A DNA stretch of 20,000 bases from a bacterium UBP13_UBA5359 (GTDB taxonomy: Bacteria > UBP13 > UBA5359): NCBI GenBank assembly GCA_002410925.1, contig DHPR01000012.1:330669-350668 (forward strand), in the 5' to 3' direction. A program made the translations under genes and the position numbers. Below, piece by piece: positions 1 to 7,695 of this stretch. Position 1 is the stretch's first letter; the number at the start of each line of letters is the position of its first letter. The notes under the pieces were generated by a model. It was not told the origin of the DNA. It saw only the letters and a list, made by a program, of their open reading frames with translations, and did not search any database.

Positions 1-761
1 TTTTTGACCGGGTCTCTTTTTCCTACGACCGAACGAACAATGTTCTCAATAATATATCTCTTGATATTAAGCCGGGCCTGGTGGTCGCTCTTGTTGGGCC
101 GAGCGGCGCGGGAAAGAGCACTCTGGTCAACCTCATACCGCGCTTTTATGGTCATTATGAGGGAAGGATATGCATAGATGGCTATGATCTGGATAAGATA
201 AAGCTATTATCGTTGCGCCGGCAGATAGGTATTGTGCCGCAAGATACTATTCTCTTTGGCGGAACAATCAGAGAGAATATCCGCTATGGCAATCAGGCGG
301 CCACAGATGAAGAGATACTGGCGGCAGCTAAGGCCGCCAATGCCCATGATTTCATCATGGAATTGCCGGAGGGTTATGAAACAGAAGCGGGAGAGAGAGG
401 CTTGAAGCTTTCCGGCGGCCAGCGCCAGCGTATAGCCGTGGCCAGAGCCATTCTGCGTGACCCGAAGATACTCATTCTTGATGAAGCGACCTCTTCCCTT
501 GATACACAAGCAGAGGCATTGGTTCAGGATGCGTTGGAACGTCTTATGAAAGGGCGTACCACCTTTATCATCGCTCACAGGCTGTCCACTATCAGAAAGG
601 CCGACCTGATAGTGGTCTTGAAGAACGGGCAGATAGCGGAGAAGGGAACGCATGAGCAGCTGCTATCTAAAGACGAGATTTATGCCGGGCTGTATAAGGC
701 GCAATTTAAAGATGGCTGGGGAGAAGAGCATATGGCTGTTCCGGCGCAGGAAGGGTTATGA
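1..761 (+). CDS. ABC exporter, MsbA/Sav1866 type; nucleotide-binding domain, 5' end outside the window
   Basis: The frame is open from position 3 (FDRVSFSY...VLNNISLDIKPG) through Walker A GPSGAGKST, Q-loop IVPQD, signature LSGGQRQR, Walker B ILDEATSSLD and H-loop IAHRLST. The ORF-track start at 81 is internal. An MsbA-like role is inferred from the envelope-gene context. Confidence 0.93.
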   Translation, partial: FDRVSFSYDRTNNVLNNISLDIKPGLVVALVGPSGAGKSTLVNLIPRFYGHYEGRICIDGYDLDKIKLLSLRRQIGIVPQDTILFGGTIRENIRYGNQAATDEEILAAAKAANAHDFIMELPEGYETEAGERGLKLSGGQRQRIAVARAILRDPKILILDEATSSLDTQAEALVQDALERLMKGRTTFIIAHRLSTIRKADLIVVLKNGQIAEKGTHEQLLSKDEIYAGLYKAQFKDGWGEEHMAVPAQEGL

Positions 762-1969
762 AGGAAAGGATAGATGTGACTAAAGTACTCTTTGTAAGCA
801 ACGGGTATTCGGAGGATATGATGGCGGCAGCAATTGCCGCGGCAGTACGAAGCAAGACCGGTATGGCCGTAGAGGGATTGCCGCTGGTAGGGCCTGGTCT
901 CTCTTACACCGGTGCCGGCATTGATATCGAAGGGCCGCATAGGCAGATGCCGCCGGGAGCAGGATTTAGCTTGCGTGATCGCAATCCGACGGCGATATGG
1001 AGGGATATCAAGCACGGTCTGGTTGAGCTAACGCTCAGGCAGATTGCTTATATACGCAGGCAGGCTCGGCTTTATCCCGGTCTGAAGACTGTGGCCGTAG
1101 GTGATGCCTTTGTCTTGTGGATGGCTGGATACGGGTGCTTGCATCCGGTCTTTGTGGATACTCCCATTTCTGCCTATATACGCCCGCATCGGTGGCTGGA
1201 GAAGATAGTGCTCAAGCGGGCAGAGGTTGTCTTCACCCGTGACGAGGCTACAGCGAGGGAGCTGCAAAGCTCGGATATTAACGCCCTCTTTGTCGGCAGC
1301 TCCATGCTGGATTGCCTGGAGATATCCGGATTTGATTTTGGTCTGCCAAGCCGGGACTGTGTAGCCTTGCTGCCCGGCAGCCGTGTTGAAGCCTACGGCA
1401 ATCTGGCGGTGCTGCTGGATATAGCTGCGGATATGGCGGCGCACTGTGAGAAGGGCTTGGATTTTCTGCTGGCAGCGGCGCCTACTCTTACGAAGAACCG
1501 TTTGGAAGAGGTATTTTACAAAGGAGGCTGGAGGTACCTGCCAACGGATGCGGAGCGAGGCATTATTGCTAAGGCTGAATGCGGCCAGGCCAGGCTGGCG
1601 GTAGTCAGGGGTTACTTTGGAGATCTGTTGCTGGCTTCTATCATGGTTATAGGTCAGGCAGGTACAGCCTGTGAGCAGGCTGTCGGTCTGGGACGGCCGC
1701 TGTTGACCTTTCCCGGGGTAGGGCCGCAGATTAGAGAACGTTTTTTGTTGACGCAGAAGCGTTTGTTGGGAGAGGCTGTAGAACTTTTGCCGGCAGATAA
1801 AGAGATTATAACAAGAAGGGCGTTGCAGCTGCTGAATGATCGCTCGCGTCTGGAACATATGTCCCGGGTAGGGCAGGAGCGCATGGGCGGTGGCGGCGGT
1901 GTTGAAGCTATTGCCGATTATCTGTCCCGATCATGCATGATAAAGGAGCAGGCAGATGCTATCCGATAA
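758..1969 (+). CDS. Lipid-A-disaccharide synthase-related GT-B protein (TIGR03492-like)
   Basis: Motifs LFVSNGYSED, LPLVG.G..Y, LLPGSR.EAY.N, GQAGTACEQAVGLGRP and FPG.GPQ...F...QKRLLG, as I recall them from the cyanobacterial LpxB-related family. ATGA overlap with the upstream stop codon. Confidence 0.8.
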   Translation: MKERIDVTKVLFVSNGYSEDMMAAAIAAAVRSKTGMAVEGLPLVGPGLSYTGAGIDIEGPHRQMPPGAGFSLRDRNPTAIWRDIKHGLVELTLRQIAYIRRQARLYPGLKTVAVGDAFVLWMAGYGCLHPVFVDTPISAYIRPHRWLEKIVLKRAEVVFTRDEATARELQSSDINALFVGSSMLDCLEISGFDFGLPSRDCVALLPGSRVEAYGNLAVLLDIAADMAAHCEKGLDFLLAAAPTLTKNRLEEVFYKGGWRYLPTDAERGIIAKAECGQARLAVVRGYFGDLLLASIMVIGQAGTACEQAVGLGRPLLTFPGVGPQIRERFLLTQKRLLGEAVELLPADKEIITRRALQLLNDRSRLEHMSRVGQERMGGGGGVEAIADYLSRSCMIKEQADAIR

Positions 1970-2909
1970 CAGAGCGCTGATAAATAAATGGAGCCCGGAC
2001 AGGGAAGGGGTAAGTGTAATTGTACCTACTTTCAACCGGGCTGCTATTCTGGAAAAGGTGCTTTTTTCGCTTGATGACCAATCCTTGCCGGCTAATGAAT
2101 ATGAGGTAATAGTAGTAGATGACGGATCGGAGGATGATACCGCTGCTGCCGTAAGCAGGCTGCAGCAACGGATGAATTACCGTCTGGGGTATATCCGTAA
2201 TGAAGAAAGCCGGGGTGTGACCGGCGCTACCAACAGAGGGATAAAGGCAGCAGAGGGAGAAATACTGGTGATTATCAATGATGATGCCCTGGCCGATCGG
2301 CGATTGCTGGAAGAACATCTGCTGGCTCACTCCCGGACACGGCGGACGGTCTTTTGCGGCCAGGTATTCAACGTTCCTGCCCCGAAGCGCCTGCGGTTGC
2401 ATCCGGTAATTTCTTATTTGCACCTGTCCTTTGCTTTCTTTTGCGGCACCAACGTCTCTGTGCGGCGCCGGGAATTGCTATCGGTCGGTCTTTTTGATGA
2501 GAATATCCGTTACGGCTATGAAGACCTGGAGTTGGGCTTCAGATTGTCCCGGGCCGGATTTCGTTCTCATCTCAATCGCCGTTGCCAGGTTTTTCATTAT
2601 AAGAAGCCGCAAACAGCAGAGGAATATCTTGTCGGTATGAGCAGATATGCCCGTGAACTCGGCCGAGGAGCGGCTTATTATTATTGGAAGCATCGGTGCC
2701 TGAGAGTGATGATGTCGACAGGAATATTTCCCTTTGCAGTGTGTATTCACAAGCGCTTTTTCTCTGGTGGGCAGATAGCGGCATTTATGCGCCGTGCTCT
2801 GGCCAGTACCCGATGCCCGGTAAAGCTGCGTATTCTGCCGGGGCTTATTCTTTACAGATTGGAATTTTATGATGCTGTTTGCCAGAGGCTGGATGAATTA
2901 GGAGAGTAG
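1956..2909 (+). CDS. Glycosyltransferase family 2
   Basis: VSVIVPTFNR, YEVIVVDDGSEDDT, INDD (DxD-like), FDE...YGYEDLELGFRL. SD AAGGAG upstream of the ATG. Confidence 0.9.
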   Translation: MLSDNRALINKWSPDREGVSVIVPTFNRAAILEKVLFSLDDQSLPANEYEVIVVDDGSEDDTAAAVSRLQQRMNYRLGYIRNEESRGVTGATNRGIKAAEGEILVIINDDALADRRLLEEHLLAHSRTRRTVFCGQVFNVPAPKRLRLHPVISYLHLSFAFFCGTNVSVRRRELLSVGLFDENIRYGYEDLELGFRLSRAGFRSHLNRRCQVFHYKKPQTAEEYLVGMSRYARELGRGAAYYYWKHRCLRVMMSTGIFPFAVCIHKRFFSGGQIAAFMRRALASTRCPVKLRILPGLILYRLEFYDAVCQRLDELGE

Positions 2910-3641
2910 TTTTGCTGCTCTATCTACAATTTGCTTTGCGCCTTTGTCCCAATCATCCTTGTTAACGACGAGCTTGCTTATGATGGCTTTTAATTCATCC
3001 AGAGTATCGTAAGTCAAAGTCGGAAACTCGTTATACCATCCGACCTTTGTGGTAATTACAGGCTTACCCATAGCGATAGCTTCCTTGATGCACATTGGAC
3101 CGCCTTCAAGTTCACTTGTAACAAGGATATAATCTATCGATCTGTAGAAATCCGCCAGTTCGTCGTACGTAAGGGAGCCGTTGGTCCATTTGATGCGGAT
3201 GCCGGCTATCCTTTCCAGCGCCTTAACCCAGTCCATTCTCTTTCTGTTGCTTCTGTAAGGCCGGCCGCAGACACCCAGCACGATCTCTTTTTTGTAGAAC
3301 TGCTCTCCAACGCCTATTTTTAATTTAGTTGATTTATTTTCCGGAAGCAAGGACATCGTATAATCCGATTGTGCAAAGCACCAATCGCAATTACGGCTGG
3401 CATTGCTAAAAAGCCTTGATAATCTTTTATTCTTCTCCATATGAGTAAAGACGCATATGGATTTGTAATGTCCTTTGCGGTATAAGGCGTAATTTATGAA
3501 AACGTTGACATCTGCTTGCCGGTTCGGAGCCAGGTGAGTAATAGTTGCTTCTGGAATTCGTTTGGCGAACTCTTCCGCCCAGCGGCCCAGGATCCAGTAA
3601 GGCTTTTTCTCGGTAGTAAAATTGATCTTCATATCGGCCAA
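2898..3641 (-). CDS. Short GT4-like (GT-B) glycosyltransferase
   Basis: C-terminal motif FYRSIDYILVTSELEGGPMCIKEAIAMGKPVITTKVG (E-x7-E). Start is TTG 3641 or ATG 3632, both with AGGA-type SDs. Overlaps the upstream GT2 convergently by 12 bp. Confidence 0.8.
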   Translation of the reverse strand: MADMKINFTTEKKPYWILGRWAEEFAKRIPEATITHLAPNRQADVNVFINYALYRKGHYKSICVFTHMEKNKRLSRLFSNASRNCDWCFAQSDYTMSLLPENKSTKLKIGVGEQFYKKEIVLGVCGRPYRSNRKRMDWVKALERIAGIRIKWTNGSLTYDELADFYRSIDYILVTSELEGGPMCIKEAIAMGKPVITTKVGWYNEFPTLTYDTLDELKAIISKLVVNKDDWDKGAKQIVDRAAKLLS

Positions 3642-3747
3642 TCCTCATCCTTTAAGCATATTTGGTTATAACATATTTGTTCAAGTACAGGCAAGGGGCT
3701 CTTCATCTCTTCAGGCACCTCCCCTGCATCAGGCATCTTTTCTTTTC

Positions 3748-4025
3748 GGGGACGTGAGTGGGACGCATAGGGGATGTACATTGACCGATTTGATAAGTGA
3801 ATTATTATAGCGCGACAAAGCAAGTGCTAAGGAGCAGTAACAATGCCCAGGTAGGCCAGACTGGATGCACCAGGAATACTTCATCATGTAATGGTGAGAG
3901 GCATCGAGCAGGGAAAGATTGTAGATGGTCGGAAGGATGGACAGGATAAAGCCTATGTATTATCCGCTGTATCGAGGATATCGGCTCAAAAGGACTCTTA
4001 GTCAAATTAATCAAGGTACGTCCCC
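3748..4025. mobile_element. Degenerate RAYT/Y1-transposase-derived element with imperfect inverted ends
   Basis: GGGGACGT (3748-3755) and ACGTCCCC (4018-4025) are exact inverted 8-mers. The reverse complement of 3770-3797 aligns with 3997-4024 at 22 of 29 columns by hand. A transposase fragment lies between them. Confidence 0.55.
3843..4001 (+). pseudogene. N-terminal fragment of a REP-associated tyrosine (Y1/HUH, RAYT-like) transposase
   Basis: SD AAGGAG, then ATG 3843 reading MPR*ARLDAPGILHHVMVRGIEQGKIVDGRKD, with an in-frame TAG at 3852-3854. This matches the typical RAYT-like N-terminus MPRxARLDxPGxxHHVxxRG. The HUH motif and catalytic Tyr are absent, and the frame ends at TAG 3999-4001. 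Confidence 0.8.
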
Positions 4026-4136
4026 TCTCCTCTCCTCTTTTCTTTCCGGATATATGATGTTATGATATTTTAGTGAATTGAGCAGTGTAAGCGAAGGCTG
4101 TAACTGCTGAGCAGGAAAGAGGAAAGAAATCTACTG

Positions 4137-4907
4137 ATGGATATATCGGATCTCTTCTCACGGTTTCGAAAAAAAGATCATGAACCATTTCATGATAATT
4201 CGCACCGGGAGAGAATTTGTATCTATACCGCAGTAAGCGCCGGCTGCGATGTGATAAGGCAACCTCTCTTCGTTAATCCGGAAATCGACTTCTTTGTCTT
4301 TTGCGATAATGAAGAGCAGCCGATTTCGCCTCCCTGGCAGAGATTGCCGATGGATTTTTATCTAAGGAATCCGCGCGTCTCTTCAAGATATTACAAGCTG
4401 TTGCCTCATAAGTTCTTTGGAAGCTACGATATAAGTATGTGGGTTGATGCTAACTTCCTGATAAAGAGAGATCCCTCGCCTCTCATCTCTTCCTGTCTGC
4501 AGGATAAAAACATGGCTTTTTTTCGGCATCCGGATAGAAACTGTATTTACAAGGAAGCGGCAGTAGTCATCAAGAAGAGATTGGAGCAAGAGGCTATCGT
4601 AAAAAGGCAGATAGAGAGATATAAGCGTGAAGGTTATTCAGCCGGTAAAGGGTTGATTTACGGAGGGATTATTCTGAGGAGACACAACAAGGCACAGGTC
4701 ATAAAAGCTATGGAAGATTGGTGGCATGAAGTGAGTCATTATTCTCAGCGGGACCAATTGAGCGCCAATTATGTTTTCTGGAAGAATGCGGTTGATTACT
4801 CGATTATACCTGGCAAATATCGGAACCACAGCCATTTTAAGTATTTCAAACATATTAGAAGAGAACACTATTTGGAATTGGACAATATTCGAGCGCTTCA
4901 AACCTGA
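4137..4907 (+). CDS. DUF616 (TOD1/MUCI70-like) glycosyltransferase-domain protein
   Basis: ICIYTAV..GCD...QP, RYYKLLPHKFF..YDISMWVDAN, FFRHPDRNCIYKEA, WW.EV..YSQRDQLS.NYV.WK. Confidence 0.82.
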   Translation: MDISDLFSRFRKKDHEPFHDNSHRERICIYTAVSAGCDVIRQPLFVNPEIDFFVFCDNEEQPISPPWQRLPMDFYLRNPRVSSRYYKLLPHKFFGSYDISMWVDANFLIKRDPSPLISSCLQDKNMAFFRHPDRNCIYKEAAVVIKKRLEQEAIVKRQIERYKREGYSAGKGLIYGGIILRRHNKAQVIKAMEDWWHEVSHYSQRDQLSANYVFWKNAVDYSIIPGKYRNHSHFKYFKHIRREHYLELDNIRALQT

Positions 4908-4964
4908 TATAATGATGATTATGGCGATTGAATTAAAGCGGATACCATATCAAGGGTCGGAATT

Positions 4965-5681
4965 ATGAGCGGGGGAAACCTGATAATTTATCATACAAAC
5001 GACCTTCATGGCAAGCTGGATAACCGTAGTGCAAAGCGTATCATAAATATAATTGCCGATCAGCCCGGACTCTTGCTCGATGCCGGTGATGCCGTATCTG
5101 CCGGCAATCTTGGCGTACGTCCGGGAGGAGAGCGGATTCTGCGCCTTATGACTGAATTGGGCTATACAGCTATGGCTATGGGCAACAGAGAGTTTCATCC
5201 GCTTCCATGTCTGATGAAGCGTAAGATATCCGCCGCCGGCTTTCCGGTTCTCTGCGCCAACCTAAGGGAGCATCGGGGAGAGGAAATCTGTCGTTCCAGC
5301 CTGGTGGTGGAACAAGAGGGTCGCCGGATAGGCTTGATAGGCGTATGTCGCGATATGCTGGCCGGCACACCGGGTGCCCGTTTATCGCCCTTTAAATTCA
5401 TTCCGCCGGCCGAAGCAGTAATGCGGGAGATGGTGCATCTTCGGGGGCAGGTTGATTCATTTATATTGCTCAGCCATCTGGGCCTGAGAGAGGATATTGC
5501 AATGGCAGAGCAAGTTGCAGGACTAGGCCTGATAATCGGGGGGCACAGCCATGATGCTCCGGCCGAAGGCTTAATATCCGGAGAGACGCTGATAGTTCAG
5601 GCAGGCTGCCGCGCTGCCTATTTAGGGGTGGTCCGTTTTGACGGACGAAGATGGAGATCCCGGCTGGAGAAGATCATTTAA
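4965..5681 (+). CDS. Calcineurin-like metallophosphoesterase (5'-nucleotidase N-terminal-type domain only)
   Basis: HTNDLHG, LLDAGD, MGNREF, FPVLCANL, LSHLG, IGGHSH, IVQAG...YLG. No signal peptide or 5'-nucleotidase C-terminal domain is evident. Confidence 0.87.
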   Translation: MSGGNLIIYHTNDLHGKLDNRSAKRIINIIADQPGLLLDAGDAVSAGNLGVRPGGERILRLMTELGYTAMAMGNREFHPLPCLMKRKISAAGFPVLCANLREHRGEEICRSSLVVEQEGRRIGLIGVCRDMLAGTPGARLSPFKFIPPAEAVMREMVHLRGQVDSFILLSHLGLREDIAMAEQVAGLGLIIGGHSHDAPAEGLISGETLIVQAGCRAAYLGVVRFDGRRWRSRLEKII

Positions 5682-5717
5682 GGAAAGCATTATTGAGCTA
5701 AGGGTGAAGGTCGTAAG

Positions 5718-6611
5718 ATGGATAACAAGGTTGAAATCAGCATTATACTCCCAACATATAACAGAGGGCCCATTTTGGAGAAAGCCCTGGCTCGTCTGGT
5801 GGCTCAAACCGTTGATAGATGCAATTACGAAATCATAGTGGCTGATGACGGCTCGCAGGATAATACTCCCGAGATAGTGCGCGCTGCTGCTGCTAAAGCC
5901 GAGGTGCATCATTTGCGATTTGAAAGCAGATGCGGCCTACCCAGGGTCCGTAATGAGGCTATTCGTCAGGCCAAGGGCAGGTATTTGCTGTTTACCGACA
6001 GCGATGTTCTGGTGAGGCCTGATTTTGTAGAGGCTCATCTTGAGGCACATAGGCGGCATCCCGGGGCGATTGTCAATGGAGTGCTTGTTAATATCGCCTG
6101 TCCTGAGGAGGCTGGAAAGCCTCGTAGCCTTTGGGATATAAACTGTAATCCCTTCGACACGGCCAACGTCTCCTGTCCGGCTGAAGCGGTGATTGCCGTC
6201 GGCGGTTTCGAGGAGAACTTTGCGGCTTACGGCTGGCAGGATGTAGAGCTGGGATATCGTCTGCAAAAGTACGGATTGAAGAATTACAGATGTCGCCGCG
6301 CCCTGGCGTACCATGTGCACGGACCTGCCTCAATTCCAAATCTTGATTTCCTGCGGGAAAAAGCTTATATGCGCGGCCGCAGCGGGGCAATGTTCTATCT
6401 TAAGCATCCGGAGCTTTCTGTTAAGCTGGCGGTTCACGGCAATCCACTTTTTTTACTGTCGGGCCTGGGCGGATGGCTGGAAAATCATCAGACCGGGCGG
6501 TGGCTGCTACAGCGGTCGCAAGAGCGGAAAGGCCTGATAAGAAGTATTTTCGGAGAATTAGTGGTAGCTTATCACTATGAACGGGGTTATAATGAAATCT
6601 TCAAGCGATAA
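5718..6611 (+). CDS. Glycosyltransferase family 2
   Basis: ISIILPTYNR, YEIIVADDGSQDNT, LLFTDSD, VGGFEENFAAYGWQDVELGYRL. Confidence 0.9.
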   Translation: MDNKVEISIILPTYNRGPILEKALARLVAQTVDRCNYEIIVADDGSQDNTPEIVRAAAAKAEVHHLRFESRCGLPRVRNEAIRQAKGRYLLFTDSDVLVRPDFVEAHLEAHRRHPGAIVNGVLVNIACPEEAGKPRSLWDINCNPFDTANVSCPAEAVIAVGGFEENFAAYGWQDVELGYRLQKYGLKNYRCRRALAYHVHGPASIPNLDFLREKAYMRGRSGAMFYLKHPELSVKLAVHGNPLFLLSGLGGWLENHQTGRWLLQRSQERKGLIRSIFGELVVAYHYERGYNEIFKR

Positions 6612-6612
6612 G

Positions 6613-7695
6613 ATGCATATAGCTTTTCTTTTGCCCGACCAGGGAGCGTACGGCGGTGCTCGGCAATATATGTGCACCATGCTGCAATCGTTGCCGCCGG
6701 AGGTGCACGCGACCATTATTATCCCTGACGGCCCGTTGGAGAGAGTGCTTAGCGGCTTTACAGATGATTGCTTGATTTATCCTTCTCCCCGACGTAATCC
6801 TTTAAAGGCTGTTGCGGCTTTGTGTGGAATTATCAGAAAAATACGAGAAATTGATTGTCTGCATATAAGATTAGCTTATGAACTTATTCCGCTGGTCAGG
6901 CTTCTGGCGCCCCAGATACCTGTCGTACTAGGAGTACATGGCTTCAATACCGGCGGAGCGGTATATTACTTTCAAGCAGCTTTTGTAGGTAGGGCGGCAG
7001 ATAAGGTCATTACAGTTTCCAATAGCGAGGCCGACAGGTTGCTGCGCTTCGGATTACCCGAAGGCAAGATAGTTCGTATCTATAATGGCATAAAGGATCC
7101 TCTGGAGAATCCTCTGCGGCCGATAGACAAACCGTTTGAAGGCATTACCATTGGAACTTCAGCCAGACTTGAACCAGAAAAGGATTTATCTCTGCTACTG
7201 GAAGCTGTAGCAAATGTTGCCAGGCAAACAAGGGTCAGGCTTATTATTGCAGGAGAGGGATCCTTACGGGAAAGCTTAGAGAAGCAAGCATCTTCTCTAG
7301 GAATAAATGCTTGTTTCCTCGGCTTTGTGCCGGATATTGCTCGCAGGATGAGTAGCTGGGATATTTTTTGTCTGCCGTCATACCGGGAGCCTTTCGGTTT
7401 TTCCATAGCCGAAGCTATGGCTAACGGCTTGCCTGTTGTGGCAGCAAGAGCCGGTGGCCCGCAAGAAATAGTTGATGACGGCCATACAGGATTGATGTTT
7501 CAGCCCGGGGATAAAGATGCCTTGGCCGGTGCTCTGCTCAGCCTGTGTCGTGATCGTGAAAGAAGGGCATCTATGGGTAATGCAGGAAGAGAAAAATATG
7601 AACGGTGCTTTTGCGCGGAGGCCATGGTGAATGCAACGTTGGATGTTTTTCGAGAGGCCGCGTGCAGGCGGGGCTTGCGTAAAAGCGATGCATAA
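6613..7695 (+). CDS. Glycosyltransferase family 4
   Basis: MHIAFLL...YGGA, VITVS, IYNGI, ARLEPEKD, DIFCLPSYREPFGFSIAEAMANGLPVVA..AGGP.EIV. ATG 6613 sits 1 nt after the upstream stop and is preferred over the ORF-track start at 6577. Confidence 0.9.
   Translation: MHIAFLLPDQGAYGGARQYMCTMLQSLPPEVHATIIIPDGPLERVLSGFTDDCLIYPSPRRNPLKAVAALCGIIRKIREIDCLHIRLAYELIPLVRLLAPQIPVVLGVHGFNTGGAVYYFQAAFVGRAADKVITVSNSEADRLLRFGLPEGKIVRIYNGIKDPLENPLRPIDKPFEGITIGTSARLEPEKDLSLLLEAVANVARQTRVRLIIAGEGSLRESLEKQASSLGINACFLGFVPDIARRMSSWDIFCLPSYREPFGFSIAEAMANGLPVVAARAGGPQEIVDDGHTGLMFQPGDKDALAGALLSLCRDRERRASMGNAGREKYERCFCAEAMVNATLDVFREAACRRGLRKSDA

Noticed and set aside
1028-1858. 276-aa minus-strand ORF, and similar antisense ORFs such as 207-653, 1959-2423 and 7786-8274
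   Set aside because: They lie opposite well-supported genes and show no recognisable motifs, so they are most likely shadow ORFs.
758-1969. Annotation as canonical lpxB
   Set aside because: It shares LLPGSR but lacks the LpxB N-terminal AGE.SGD and D.PDFN motifs, so it fits the related family instead.
3852-3854. In-frame TAG as possible pyrrolysine or stop-codon read-through
   Set aside because: The transposase is also truncated before its HUH and Tyr motifs, TAG ends normal genes here (pyrD, greA, lysS), and no pyl genes are seen. A nonsense mutation is the simpler explanation.
3622-4014. Short ORFs 3622-3810 (+), 3629-3823 (-) and 3805-4014 (-) in the divergent intergenic region
   Set aside because: No convincing SD or protein features. 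The region is better explained by the transposase relic on the plus strand.
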